A stretch of DNA of 64,000 bases. Source: Blepharisma stoltei ATCC 30299 (lineage: Eukaryota > Protista > Ciliophora). A model generated the notes under the pieces. That model made no database searches. It worked only from the letters and a program-made list of their open reading frames with translations, and was not told where the DNA came from. The translations under genes were made by a program, and so were the position numbers. Where the stretch lies: NCBI GenBank assembly GCA_965603825.1, contig CBFDEM010000014.1, positions 496,001-560,000 on the forward strand. The letters run 5' to 3'. Shown in pieces: positions 11,719-24,509 of this stretch. Position 1 is the first letter of the stretch, and each line of letters begins with the position of its first letter.

Positions 11719-12378
11719 TAATCTAATTAATCTGCATTTACAAATAAATGAATTGATGCAATAGTATATTTTCTTCAAAGGAATATAAATGATAAAAATC
11801 ATATCATTCTGATTATAAAGAGTTTATGGTTTATTTAGTTTTAAAGTTTTATTAGATTTGCTTCGATTCATTTTGCTGCTAAATTCTAGACCTGCTTGAT
11901 GTCTCCAATATGCTTTTTTTACTTGCCTTAATGGAACTTACAATGAGCTCTCATCAATGAGCAGGGTTGAATTGTTTTCCCATGAACAGTTTCTTCAACA
12001 ATTCTTGAGTCTTAATTAAAGATCATAATTTGCCCGTATAAGAAGCCTTGCTAAGTAACTCACACTCCTTGAGATTTCTTCGTAAGCCTTTTTCCTTAAA
12101 ATTTTTGTGCAGAATTGCTTTAAGTGCTCTAATTAAATAAATATTGCTGATCTCGAAGACTCTCTTACTAGAAAAAACATAGAACTTCGCCACAGTTCCA
12201 TGATAGAATTATTTCTGATATCTTTTTGTTTGGAGATACAATAGAGCCCGAGCAAAGAGTAGGATTGGACTTATTCTATTATTTTTGTACAGGTAGCCTA
12301 AATAATACTTAATTTATGACTGAAGAAATTTGAATGCATTACCTATCAAAGAAAAAGTTAAAATAATCATCTTTATTC

Positions 12379-12882
12379 TTAAAGGATTACTCTTTGTCTC
12401 ATCCAGGTGTCAATCTTTTCGCTCTCCTTTGGTTCAGGTTTCTTAGGCTCTCTTTCCTTTGGTGTAAGTGGGAACTCAGGAAGTTTCCTCAATTTCTGGT
12501 CCTGATATATCTTATTAGTTCCCCACATATTAGGCATCCACGGTCCTTGAATGCTCGTGTTAGTCGAAATTACTTTGTTCCCAGCATGTTTATAAGCATG
12601 ATGCCCAATTTGATTTCTTGCTTGCTCCAAAACGTCCATGATTTCCTCTGGCTTCATGTTTCTTATGCTAAGTGTTCTAGTCCACCCATTGATATACTGA
12701 GTATAAATATAAGGATGTCTGCTTCTCCTCATATATGCTTCAAAAGTCATTCCAGGGTTTCTATCAATCCAATCTTCTACAAGCTGAGTTTTAAAAAGGT
12801 CTCTGACCCCTTGTGAGCTACCACCCCAATCACAGAATTGAAGCTTGACAAGCCTAAGCTGGAATACTCCTCTATTACACAT
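12379..12882 (-). CDS. MRPL43: Mitochondrial ribosomal protein mL43
   Basis: GVFQL..FCDWGGSSQGVR, HPYIYTQYING, SIQGPW. Confidence 0.88.
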   Translation of the reverse strand: MCNRGVFQLRLVKLQFCDWGGSSQGVRDLFKTQLVEDWIDRNPGMTFEAYMRRSRHPYIYTQYINGWTRTLSIRNMKPEEIMDVLEQARNQIGHHAYKHAGNKVISTNTSIQGPWMPNMWGTNKIYQDQKLRKLPEFPLTPKEREPKKPEPKESEKIDTWMRQRVIL

Positions 12883-12950
12883 TTATATGTAAGAAAATAT
12901 GAACCTTATTTAGACCCCTTTGCAAGGATTCCAGCTAGGAATATAAAAAT

Positions 12951-15401
12951 ATGGCTTTTCAAGGTGATCATAAATCTCGTTTGCCTCATTTGCAGAGGCC
13001 TCTCTATCAAGAAGCAGAGCCTCTTACTGTGAAGTCAGAAATGATGCAGCAAAATACAGTTCCTGATACGATTGCTGAACGTAGAATTCAAGCTGAGCAG
13101 CCTAGAGAAGCACGCATTCAAGTAGAAACTCTTCCGAGACCTCTACAAAGGCATGATGAGTTTTTAGGCCAGTTCACTGCTATGGGACAATTAGCTCCTC
13201 CGATTTTAGACAATTACATCGCAAAAGAGCAAGCTGTAACTTCGCCACGCTTCCTTCGCTTTACGTTTTCACAATGTGCAATTGATGAAAACACCCAAAA
13301 AACGACTGGCTTGCCACTTGCAGCAGTTTGGCATCCCTTAGCTGATGTCGGTCCTGGAGAAGATGCAATTTCAATCCTCAATAAAACTCCGTTCAGGTGT
13401 AATAGATGTTTGGCATTTATAAATCCTCATTTCAGATTTGTGGAAGGAGGGAGGAAGTGCATTTGCAATATTTGTGGGCTCGTCCAGGATAATTCTGATG
13501 AATATTTCAATGATAGAGACAATAAGCCTGAACTTTTGGCAGGGACTTATGAGTTTGTTGCTCCAAGTGACTATTCAAACCGACCTCCAATGGCTCCACT
13601 TTTCTTTTTTTGCATTGATATATCAGCTGGCTCACTCTCTACAGGACTTCCCCAGCAGATCCTCACATCAATTAAAGGAATTCTTGACTATATAACCCTT
13701 CCTGAACGATGCAATATTGGAATAATGACGTTTGACATATCAATGCAGTTCTATAAAATCGGGCCTACAGGAGAAGTGTCAGAAATACTCGTAACTGATG
13801 TAGAAGATCCTTTTGTTCCGGAAAATGTAGATGGGCTTGCATACAATGTAGCTGAGCAACGAGAACAACTAGATGGACTTTTAGATAAATTACTGACCTG
13901 GGAGTGGACACAGCCTACGAAGGTTAATTTATCTGCTGGAACGATAGCTGATGCATGTAAAAATTATTTATTGAAAGGAAGAGGAGGCAGAGTTCTCATT
14001 TTCACTTCCCAGCTTGGAACAGTTGGAAAATACAAATTAACTAATAGGGTAGACCCGAAGCTGTTTAACACAGAAAAAGAAAAACTGATGTATGCTCCTC
14101 TTGAAAGCTATGCAACTTTAGCACAAGAATGCACAGCTGAAGATGTTTGTGTCGATATTTTCCTCTGCACAGGCCAATATGCGGATGTTCCTTCCCTAGC
14201 CGCACTTTGTTCACAGACTGGAGGTGACTTAAACTACTATCCAAGCTTCAATGCATCTTTTGATGGTGAAAGAATCTATTACAAAATCTTTAGAATCTTA
14301 ACAAGGACACAAGGATTTCAAGCAGTCATGAGAGCGAGATGCAGCAATGGAATAGCGATCGACCAATATATAGGGAAATTCAAAAGAAAAGGGCCAGTTG
14401 AGATGGAACTGTCTTGCATTGATTCAGATAAGACGATTGCTATCATACTCAAGCATGACTCAAAACTGCAAGAGGATATTGACTTGCATGTCCAGTGTGC
14501 CATGCTTTACACAAACCAGTACGGACAAAGACTCATAAGAATTTTTAATGGCCTGATGAGAAGCACCAAAATAGTCCCTAATATTTTCAAAAGTGGCGAT
14601 GCTGATACAATTGCAAACGTAATTGCAAGAATTAATGCGCATTCTCTATATGAAGAAATGTTGGGAACCATCAGAGAAAAATGGCATTCAAGCATGATAC
14701 AGCTACTCACGACACATAGAATAACCTTAGAAACTGCAGAAATGAATAAAATTTTGGCTCCTGAGAACTTAAGACTTCTTCCTCTATACAGCAATACGGC
14801 TATGAAACTTCCAGCATTTTCATTGACTGGGGTGCAGCTTGACTCAAGGCTTTTTTCAGTCCACGATCTATTAGGAATGAGTATTCATCAATCACGACTG
14901 CTTTTTTACCCATCTATTTACAGTCTGCATGATATATCATACCAACCTCATCAGCCAGGTACATTAAATAGCTCTGAGCTTCTTATCCTACCTAACTTGG
15001 TTTGCTGCTCTTTAAACAGTATAAACACAAATGGTGCTTATTTGCTATTTAATGGCGAGGTTATGCTTTTTTATATAGGAAGAAACACAAATGAGGAATT
15101 CTTGCAAAATGTTTTTGGGATTTCTCAGTTTGATGAATTAAGTGAAAATCCTGAATATTGGGTTTTGAATGATTTAGGAAATGACGAGTCAGCTAAAGTT
15201 ATAGCAATTGTTGACGAGATCAGAAAGCGAGCCCCATCAGCCTACCCAACATTATACTGACTATTTGAAGGAAAAGGTGATGATTTCATATTACGAAGAT
15301 TCATGGTTGAAGATGCAACTGCTAGCGAAATGAGTTATAGTGATTATTTATTAAGACTCCACAAAATAGTGCTGAATAAAGTGGCAGAGAGAAGAGGATA
15401 A
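12951..15401 (+). CDS. SEC24: COPII coat protein Sec24
   Basis: Zn finger RCNRCLAFINP..CNIC, trunk FFFCIDIS, QTGG. Reading TGA 15258 as Trp adds the conserved FMVED..SYSDYL..LH C-terminus. Confidence 0.93.
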
Positions 15402-15543
15402 TTAGAAAATATAAGTTTAAAATCCTAAATATTAATTGCCAAACTGAATTTATTCCGAATTTAAGTTATTTGATATAAATAATTTATGGCAATTTTCTGC
15501 AAAAATAATTTAAGCAAGCATAACTATTACTATAAATTTGCAA

Positions 15544-17431
15544 ATGTCAGCTTCTCATATGAAAATTTCTGAAGTGCATTCCTTTGAAACCATTAGAACG
15601 ACAAGGCTTGAATTAGAGCAGCTGCAATCTTCACCACTTCCTGGAGCTCCATTAGTAAGCTTTGATCTGCACTTCGATAATCTGAAAGTATTCTTTATTT
15701 TAGGATTTTCTTAATAGCGTATCTCAAACCGTTAACCACCATGGCACTCTTATCAAAACCCTCGCAGAAGAGCTTAGAACTCGAGTCAGCACTTCAGAAT
15801 TAATTGAAATTTTTGGACTTGCTGAGAGATCTATCACTGATAAGCTCGGATCTGCTGGTAGAGATCGAAGTGGGGATGACTTTAAGGATGCAGTTTATGC
15901 ATTTGCTGATAAAATAAAGATTTTAAGTGATAATGTGCTTGACTTAAAGCAGTTCAAGTTTGCTACTGAAACTAGTATAACCAATATTAATGAAGACCTT
16001 GAAAAGAAAATTACAAAAAATGAAGCTAAGTCTATGACTAAAAAAGTAAAGAGTAAAGTTGAAAAAACGGTGAAAGATAATTAGATTAGAGAAAAAAGCG
16101 AAGAATTGCGCAAACAAATGTTGCAAGGGGATCATAAATTGAGCGAAAAAATAGCGGAAATTGAAAAGAAACTTTCAGATCTTGAGCTAAATACGTTGTG
16201 AAAAATAAAAGACTGTGAAGAGCTATTGAAAGTCAGAGTTAATGAAAAATACGTGCATGATGCTATTAGAGGAATTGAAGATAAGCTAAGAAATGAGCTG
16301 ATCACTTTTAATGAAGAGAGTATGGCGAAATATGAAATAATGCTGAAAGATTTGCAAAGGGGATTCGAAAAAAATGAGCATGATTTTGCTAATAAATTGA
16401 AAGGAATAAAAGAGGATGTTAAAGATCTGTCGGAAATTTTAAAGAAAAAAAGTGATTTTGATAACTGCAGCAAAGAAATTAGCTCGATAAAAGAAATTTT
16501 GCAAAATATTAATTTAGCCGAATTTCATGGGAAATTTTTAGAAATGGATTTGAAAATTAGCAAATTTGATGAGAAAATAAGAGAAATTGTAGGGAAATTT
16601 GTGAACGAGACTTCAAACGAAGATGTTGAATACCTTAAGAGAATGATAGAGATTCTAAAGCAGCAGCTTGAAAATAAAGCAGATATATCAGTTATTCAAG
16701 AAATTTTAGCTAAAAATCAAGAAAAATCTTCAATTTCCACCTTGCCTCCAATTCAAGAAAAATCTGAAATGAATGAATTTTGGAAGTTTAGAGAGAAAAT
16801 GATTGAGCAAATCCATATCTTAGAATCCAAAGTAGAGAAGCTTGGGAAAAATTCTGACTTGAGTTCAATAAAAAAGCTCTTGAATAGCAAGGCTGGTGAA
16901 GAAGATATGAAGAACGAACTAGGGGCTCGAGATGCAAGATTAGGAGATCTTGAGAATGGAATTTCGCAGAACATGAAAGACTTAGATCATTTATATTCCT
17001 TGCTTAAAAAGCTTCAGGCTTCATTATTTGAAATGAACTCAAGATCTGGATATGCTTTGGTTGGTAGAAAAACATTTATGCCTGCAAATTGCTTGTCTTG
17101 TGGTAGGGGAGATGCAAATTTTTCTCCTATCCATCCTCATGTTGTTGGTAGAGATGGAAAAGTATACAAAGCTGATGGAGTCGTAAAAGGCCCTTCAATA
17201 AGCTATGCTGAGCTTGAAAATTATCAGACTGGAGCAGATGTTTTTACAATTGATACTCATGAGCAATTCCATCATAAAACTGCATGGGAGGAAGATGAGT
17301 CTCCTCCTAGCAATGTATCAAGATCTCAAAAAACAGCTATAAACATAGTTGTCAATAGAGAGCTGCAGAAGAGTTCTAGCACTCTTCCTTCAACAATCAA
17401 AAAACCTAGGCCACTTAGTGCTAAAAAATAA
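15544..17431 (+). CDS. Hypothetical coiled-coil protein with C-terminal CLSC motif, 2 introns
   Basis: Continuous frame after removing introns 15688-15703 and 16070-16084 and reading TGA as Trp. Confidence 0.72.
15688..15703 (+). other. 16-nt intron GTATTCTTTATTTTAG
   Basis: Needed to link the ATG 15544 frame to the downstream frame; A10. Confidence 0.75.
16070..16084 (+). other. 15-nt intron GTGAAAGATAATTAG (GTG donor)
   Basis: Removes the only in-frame TAG in a long coding stretch; A10. Confidence 0.8.
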
Positions 17432-17601
17432 TTAAATTTTTCTTAAGCTTATTAATATAAAAATTGATAAGGGTAATCTAGATTCCATTTTAAAGCTACT
17501 TACCAACTTCAATTGACCTAAGAGATTCTCTTGTTAAGAATTTTAGAGCACTCTAAAGTTTAAGCCTACCTAATATATTATTATTATGCTTATAATAATT
17601 T

Positions 17602-17976
17602 ATGTTTTCAATAAGAATTTTCAGGTCATACAAAATCTATACCAAAGAAGAAATTTTGAAGCCACTGATAGGTAGAAACTACAAAAGTATATTTGAAATC
17701 TGCTCGCAATACAGAAGTCAAGGTGTAGGCTTCCAATTTTGGCGAGCTACTTGGCCTGCTGATTCATATTATATAATCACAAGAATCGAGTACTCTGATC
17801 CCAGACATGGAAAAGTTTGGGGAATCAAAACTTGGAAAGGGCTGAAAAGTGAAACGGAAGAGCAAATAAGATCGTCACTCAAACTAGGAACCTGGAGGCA
17901 TAGGATTCCTGCATCACATCCTGAGCTCAAAGCAAATGGGATTTCCTTAAAGATAGAAAAGGAAGAAAATCAATAA
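17602..17976 (+). CDS. MRPS34: Mitochondrial ribosomal protein mS34-like
   Basis: GVGFQFWRATW..SYYIITRI..HGKVWGIKTWKG. Confidence 0.75.
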   Translation: MFSIRIFRSYKIYTKEEILKPLIGRNYKSIFEICSQYRSQGVGFQFWRATWPADSYYIITRIEYSDPRHGKVWGIKTWKGLKSETEEQIRSSLKLGTWRHRIPASHPELKANGISLKIEKEENQ

Positions 17977-18414
17977 TCTTAATCTTAACTCTTCACAATA
18001 GTAGAATAAAGAAATTAAATAATCAAAATCTCTGATATGATAAACCACATTTCATGGTTTATCTGAGTTTTCTTTACTTAAGCCTTTATATTGGTTTACA
18101 ATCTAGCACACCCTATCTTTATTAGTAAACCGCAGAAATATTGTTTTATGCTTCGTTTTCCTTTAGTTTATTTAAACGAAAATTTAAATAAATCTTTATA
18201 ACTTTAATTTAAGGTTAGATAAATAGATCTATATTAATATAACATTTTATGCCTTACTAATTAAGTTTGCACAATAAATTATCTAAGCCTTAGAATTTCA
18301 TTTAATTAATTTCTATCATATTGGGATAAGTTATGCTCTAATTAAAATTGTTCTGCATAATTAAAGTTTTTTCGGATTTAATCACCAATTATGCTCTAAA
18401 TATTTGACTTATAA

Positions 18415-19917
18415 ATGGACCCTCCAAGAACGCCAAAAAGAGCTGAAACCAGAGATCAGCCACAAATCTCAGCTGCATCAAGAGAAAAAGCTGAAGCAGC
18501 CAAAGCTTTTATAGCTGAAAAATATTCGAAGAAAAAAAGAGAAGAAACTGAAAACCGTGAGTATTGAGACGAAATCAACAAAAAAATGACTGAGCTAAAC
18601 TTGTCTGAAACCGAGCAACAAATTGTAAAGGAAGAAATCATGCATAAAGAAGCTGAAAGACTTAGGCTGATGCGTGCAAGAATTAGCATATTTGATTTTG
18701 AACCTATAACCATCATTGGAAGAGGCGCATTTGGCGAAGTCAGAGTCGTTAGGCATAAAACTTCTAATGAAATCCTTGCCTTGAAGAAGATGAACAAAAC
18801 GGAAATGATAAGGAAAAACCAAATCCAGCACGTAAGGGCCGAAAGAAACGTCCTCGCTAAAGCAAATAACCCATGAATTGTAGAGCTAAAATACTCTTTT
18901 CAAGACGAAAAATACCTGTATCTGGCAATGGAATACTTACAAGGTGGTGATTTGATGACTATTCTTATTAAAAGAGACATTCTTCCTCAGGATGAGGCCA
19001 AATTTTATATTGCTGAAATGGTTTTGGCTATCGAATCTGTGCATAAGTTGAATTACATCCATAGAGACATCAAGCCAGATAACGTATTAATCGGTAGAGA
19101 TGGCCATGTCAAGCTTTCCGATTTTGGGCTCTGCAAACTAAGTGAGGTCCAGCCTGACAATTTATACTCAAACTTGAATAAGCTCGAAGATGAAGCTAGG
19201 GCTAAGCAGTATATAGAAAAGAAATCAGATTACAAGAGAAACCGTGCACTGGCTTACTCGACTGTGGGAACTCCTGATTATATTGCCCCAGAAGTCTTTG
19301 GCAGAGGAGGGTATACGGAAACTGTAGATTGGTGGAGTGTTGGAGTTATTTTATTTGAAATGGTGGTTGGGTATCCACCCTTCTTTTCAGATGAACCTTC
19401 AATAACTTGTCAAAAGATACTGCATTGGAGAAGCACTTTAGCAATCCCACGTGAAGCTAATTTGAAGCACTCTACTTGTGATTTAATAAGAAAATTAGTA
19501 TGCGATGCCCCAGACAGGCTTGGAACTCGTGGGGTAGAAGAAATTAAAGAGCACCCATTTTTTAATGGAGTTAATTGGGACAATATTAGAAACACCAGAG
19601 CACCATGGGTTCCTGAGGTATTTTTTAGTTAGTTAACAAGTGACTCAGACACAGCCAATTTCGATACTTTTGAAGAAATGGAGCCATTTTACCCACTTGA
19701 AGGGCAAAGAAGGAAAAAAGGGAAAAAAGACAACAACTTTGTAGGCTATACCTTTAAGAAAGAAAACGAAGAGCAGACAAATACACTGCTAAATGCGTTG
19801 CAGGAGCTTGAGTCTATCAATAAGTCAAATTCAGGCATGAGGCCAGTCATTTCTCCTTCACAAGGAAGCAACCAAAGAAGATTTGTTCTAGACTCTCAAG
19901 AACTTTATTCAGGTTAA
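18415..19917 (+). CDS. NDR/LATS-family AGC kinase (paralog 1), 1 intron
   Basis: GRGAFGEV, HRDIKPDN, DFG, AYSTVGTPDYIAPE, hydrophobic motif FVGYTF. Two TGA=Trp. Confidence 0.93.
19618..19632 (+). other. 15-nt intron GTATTTTTTAGTTAG
   Basis: Removes TAG; spliced PELTSDSDTANFD aligns with paralog PELRGDTDISNFE. Confidence 0.93.
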
Positions 19918-20002
19918 TGTCTATTTTTAAATTTCTTTACAAGAAAATCTCATATTTTTTAAAGCTAAATATCAAAGGTGTGAGCCATATTATAATAATA
20001 CA

Positions 20003-21190
20003 ATGTTGATGGCGACATTGAGGCGATTTTCAACCGGAGCACTTAAAGTAAGTGTCATATAGAAAACTGCTTTGTTTGATTTTCACGCTAATGATCTGCA
20101 AGCTAAGATGGTTCCGTTTGCAGGCTATGAAATGCCAGTAGAATATAAAGAGCGTAGCGGTGGTGTTTTGAAAGAACACATGCAATGCCGACAAAAAGCA
20201 GCCTTATTTGATGTGAGCCACATGGGACAGCTCAAAATCCGAGGAAGAGACAGAGTTGAGTTTATCAATTATCTCACTGTTGCAGATCTGAACCAAGTCC
20301 CTGCCAATTCTGCTGTGCTTTCTTTAATTATGATGTCTTATGGAGGAATCAAGGATGATACTATCATCACTAGATTTGAAGACCATATTGGAATGGTCAT
20401 TAATGCTGGGTGTAAAGATAAAGACTTAGAATACCTAAATCATTTCCTGCAGGAATTCAGAAATAAAGGAAAGGATGTCACAATTGAGCATTTAGAGGAC
20501 CGAGCACTTTTAGCACTCCAAGGCCCAATGGCTGCTGGAATTCTTCAGCCATTAGTAGAAGCTGATCTTGCTACCACTAAATTTATGCAAGCAAGATATA
20601 CCCAGCTGAAGCCATTGAATGAGCCTGTTTTAGTTACAAGATGTGGATATACTGGAGAAGATGGGTTTGAAATTTCGATTGACCCAAGCAAAGCAGTTGA
20701 CCTTGCAAGAATCTTGCTTAGCGCTGGAGGCGAAAACTTATTGCCATGCGGCTTAGGTGCAAGAGACTCTTTGAGGCTGGAAGCTGGGATGTGTCTTTAT
20801 GGGCATGATCTAGAAGAAAATATTACTCCAATCGAAGCAAGCCTATTATGGACTATTCCAAAAACTAAAAGAACTAATGGAGGCTGGCTAGGAGCAGACA
20901 CAGTGATGCAGCAAATCAGAGATGGAACCCAGAAAAAGAGAGTTGGATTTATCGTCCAAGATGGACCTTCAGCGAGAGAAGGAGTGGTTCTCTATTCAGG
21001 AGCTGAAGAAGTTGGAAAAGTTTCTTCAGGAACCTTCAGTCCTATTCTAAAGAAAGGAATCGGCATGGCTTATGTCAATTCACAGCACGCCAAAACAGGA
21101 CTTGAATACGAAGCCAAGATAAGACCTAATAAATCAGTCCAGGTCAAGATCGAAAAAATGCCATTTGTTCCAAACAATTACTATAAATAA
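20003..21190 (+). CDS. AMT: Glycine cleavage system T protein (aminomethyltransferase), mitochondrial, 1 intron
   Basis: Presequence MLMATLRRFS; LKKTALFDFH, FDVSHMGQ, RCGYTGEDGFE, GLGARDSLRLEAG. Confidence 0.95.
20048..20062 (+). other. 15-nt intron GTAAGTGTCATATAG
   Basis: Removes TAG and gives conserved LKKTAL; A10. Confidence 0.92.
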
Positions 21191-21205
21191 TCAAGAAATT
21201 ATTAC

Positions 21206-22669
21206 TTACAGTTCTCCATTATATAACTCTTCTGATGATGGGATATAATTAATAGGCTGGTTTTCCCTTGCAGAGGATGCTCGAATGGCTTCAAGCTCCT
21301 CAATTGCGCTGGTCAGCCCAGTTCGTTGTTTTTCTACATCTTTTTTAAAAGTATACCCTACAAAATTCACATCTTTTTTTTGTGGCCTCTTTTTATTACT
21401 GATAGGAGGGTAAAACGGTTCAGTTTCTTCGAATTGTTCAAAATTCGAGATATCAGTATCTCCACGAAGCTCAGGAGCATAAGGAGCTTCTTGGTTTCTT
21501 ATATTGTTCCAATCAATACCTGCAAAGAAGGGATGGGCTTTTATTTCTGCAACTCCTCGGATTCCAAGTCTTGTATTGGACTCACATATTAGTTTTCTTA
21601 TTAAATCTATAGCAGCGTGGCTAAGCCTTGCTTCTCTAGGAATAGTGAAGTAATTTTGCCAATTAATGATTTTTTGACAGACTTCTTTAGGCTTGTCAGC
21701 ATAAAATGGAGGATATCCGACGAGCATTTCAAAGAGCATGACTCCGACAGACCACCAGTCGACTGTTTCAGTGTAGCCTTGCCGAGAAAATACCTCTGGG
21801 GCAATATAATCAGGAGTCCCAACGGTAGAAAATGCCAATTTTCTATTGCGGTGAAACTCGTTTCTTTTGTCAACATATTGCTTCATCCTTTCTTCTTCCA
21901 ACTTTCTTAACACTTCTCTATGCTGAGAAGGAAATATTTCAGCCTGTTTAGATAAGCCAAAATCTGAGAGCTTAATATGGCCTCTGTTATCAATAAGTAT
22001 ATTATCAGGCTTCAAGTCTCTATGTATATAATTCATTTTATGTACAGAGTCCACTGCAAGTATTATCTCTGCAATATAAAATCGGCTTTCAGCTTCAGTC
22101 AGGATATTTTTCTTAATCAATAAATTCATAAAATCGCCTCCACCTAAATATTCCATTGCCAAATACAAGTATTTTTCGTCTTGGAAAGAACATTTCAAAT
22201 CTACAATCCAGGGATTTTCTGAATGTGCAAGGACATCTCTTTCAGCTTTAATGTGCTGGATCTGGTTCTTACAAACCATTTCAGCTTTGTCCATTTTCTT
22301 TAGTGCGAAGACTTCTCCTGTACCTTTCTTTCTTACAACTCTGACTTCTCCAAAAGCGCCTTTTCCTATTATCGCTATTGATTCAAAATCATAAACAGTT
22401 ATTTTTTGGCGTTTCTCTCTGAGCAGTTCTGCTTCTTTATGCAGAATTTCTTGCTTGATCATGCTTCTTTCAGAAGAAGACAGGCAGAGTTCGTCCATAA
22501 TTTTATTCAGTTCTTGTCATTCTTCTCTACGTCCTTCCTCTTCTTCTTTGAGCTTTGAGAATCTTCCTTCTATGTAGGCTTTAGCAAGCTGAGCTCTATC
22601 ACGAGTGACAGAAGATATTTTCTCCCCTTCTTCTTTTCGTCTTTGAGTTGCTGGTCGAGGACTGGCCAT
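21206..22669 (-). CDS. NDR/LATS-family AGC kinase (paralog 2)
   Basis: Same motifs as paralog 1; extended 57 codons upstream via one TGA to ATG 22669 (Mob-binding region AKAYIE). Confidence 0.93.
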
Positions 22670-23253
22670 TTGAATAATTATATTTTAAACTTTAGATATA
22701 AATGAACCTTTAAGAGAGCCGTTGTAAATCTGATGGCAAACTTAGGGTTAATTAATGGTTCTAACAACAAATAAATAAAAATTGTTCTTTTAAGTAAAAG
22801 TATAGATAATTCTGCCTTAACTTTGAACATTTCTTTAATTATTGTATAATTAGTTATGGTGGTGAATTTTTAATAAACTTAATATTATTTCGAAGAGCTA
22901 AAAATTACTTCAAAATAATAGAAAAAACAAGGTTTTGCCTGAATTTAGCATTCGATATTTTCAAATTTTAAATAAAATGTCGGATCAATAGATAAAAAAT
23001 TTTGTTTTCTTATGGTAAATATTATTCAGTAAAAATGAAGCACTAAAAATCAGTTAATGCATAGATCATTTGAAGATTGAGACAATCTTTATTTTTATTT
23101 ATTTTGAATAAATATCCATCAATTGATAGAGCAGTTATTAGGCTATTTAAATATATCGATTTGATGTCTTTTATTTGATTAATAATAATAATATAAAAAA
23201 GTTTTGATGGATTAGGATTTTATTGTAAAAGTAAAAATTATTCACATTTATAA

Positions 23254-24504
23254 ATGAAATCTGAAATAGACGAGATCAATCAAGAGTATGTTAATGATAA
23301 TACAACTAGGTCTGTTTTTCAAATGGGAAAAACAGCATCCAACACAAGTGAAAAAGGATCAAGACTAGGAATTGATAGAGAGTTTGCAAATGACTGTGCA
23401 AAAACCTTCTCAGAGCTCAAAGAACTTCGTAAAAATGAAAAAAAGGATATTGCAAGAGCATTAAAGGACAAAATTGGAGAAGTGCCAAACAGGCTCGAAG
23501 TGAAGTATGAAAACCCCGAATGATGGATGAAAGATCCTTTGTAACTGCTATGCAGGATGAAAACTTCAAAAGACTTGGAAAAGCGAAATGTTTTAGAATT
23601 GCGAGCTTCATTAGGACTCGCTGCTCCAACAGAAGTCAAAGAGCTTTCCAAAATCCCATCAACCACTTACTTACAGTCTCCCAGAGCTAAAACATTAGAA
23701 GAACTAAAAGCTATGCGAAAAGAAGAAATGCTGAATCAATTGCATCAGAAAATCGACTACAGCCACGCATCAAGAGAAAAAAAAATGATAGAGCGAGAAA
23801 TGAAGAATTTATATTACATCCCTGAAGGGGTTGAATTCCCAACAATTCGTAAAATAAAAGAAGACGTCAGGATTCAAACTAATGAACATAATATTCAAAC
23901 TTTTTCAAATAATACTATAGGAGTTCATGGGCATGAGCTGCCAAAGTTTGCTGAAGCCCAAAAAGATTATTGGACTATTCGTGACTCATATCAGCCAAAC
24001 CCAAAATTTTCAACGAGAACGTCTCTTAGAATGTCACAAAGAAATTGGGCAAAACCAGATATTTATGATGAGCCAATAGAGCCTAAAACAGGAAAGATAT
24101 TGCCTAGATCTTTATCTGAAGCAAAAGTTACAGATAAGCCCAATCATATTTGGCCGTTCCAAGTTTATGCTCCAGTTGAAGGTGATGAGCCAGAAAATTC
24201 AAAGCCAAAGCATAAATATCGGCTGAGCACAATTGTAAATTATTTTCTGCATAGTGCAGCCAAAATGGGGATCTCTCTAGCACCTTTGGGTGACCAGCCC
24301 GGCTTGCACATGACTCAAGAAATAAAAGAGTCAACGAAGACACAGATCATCCCTGCTGAAAGTGGCAGCCAATTGCTAAACTCTCCTATGCTTGGGAAAT
24401 CTCCAACGGTAGCAATGGTAGGAAAGAAATTTCCTTTAGCTAAAGTTCCAAAATCTCCAATTAGATCCAATGGGTTTATAAAATTTAATAATATTGATAA
24501 TTAG
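23254..24504 (+). CDS. Hypothetical protein, 1 intron
   Basis: ORFs 23254 and 23557 share a frame; joined by TGA=Trp and intron 23541-23555. Confidence 0.75.
23541..23555 (+). other. 15-nt intron GTAACTGCTATGCAG (CAG acceptor)
   Basis: Removes in-frame TAA; A10. Confidence 0.85.
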
Positions 24505-24509
24505 TATCC

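Noticed and set aside
22700-22755. Possible C/D snoRNA (..AAGAGAGCCGTTGT..CTGA) and telomere-like TTAGGGTTA
   Set aside because: No convincing box C; the telomere-like word is a single copy, not an array.
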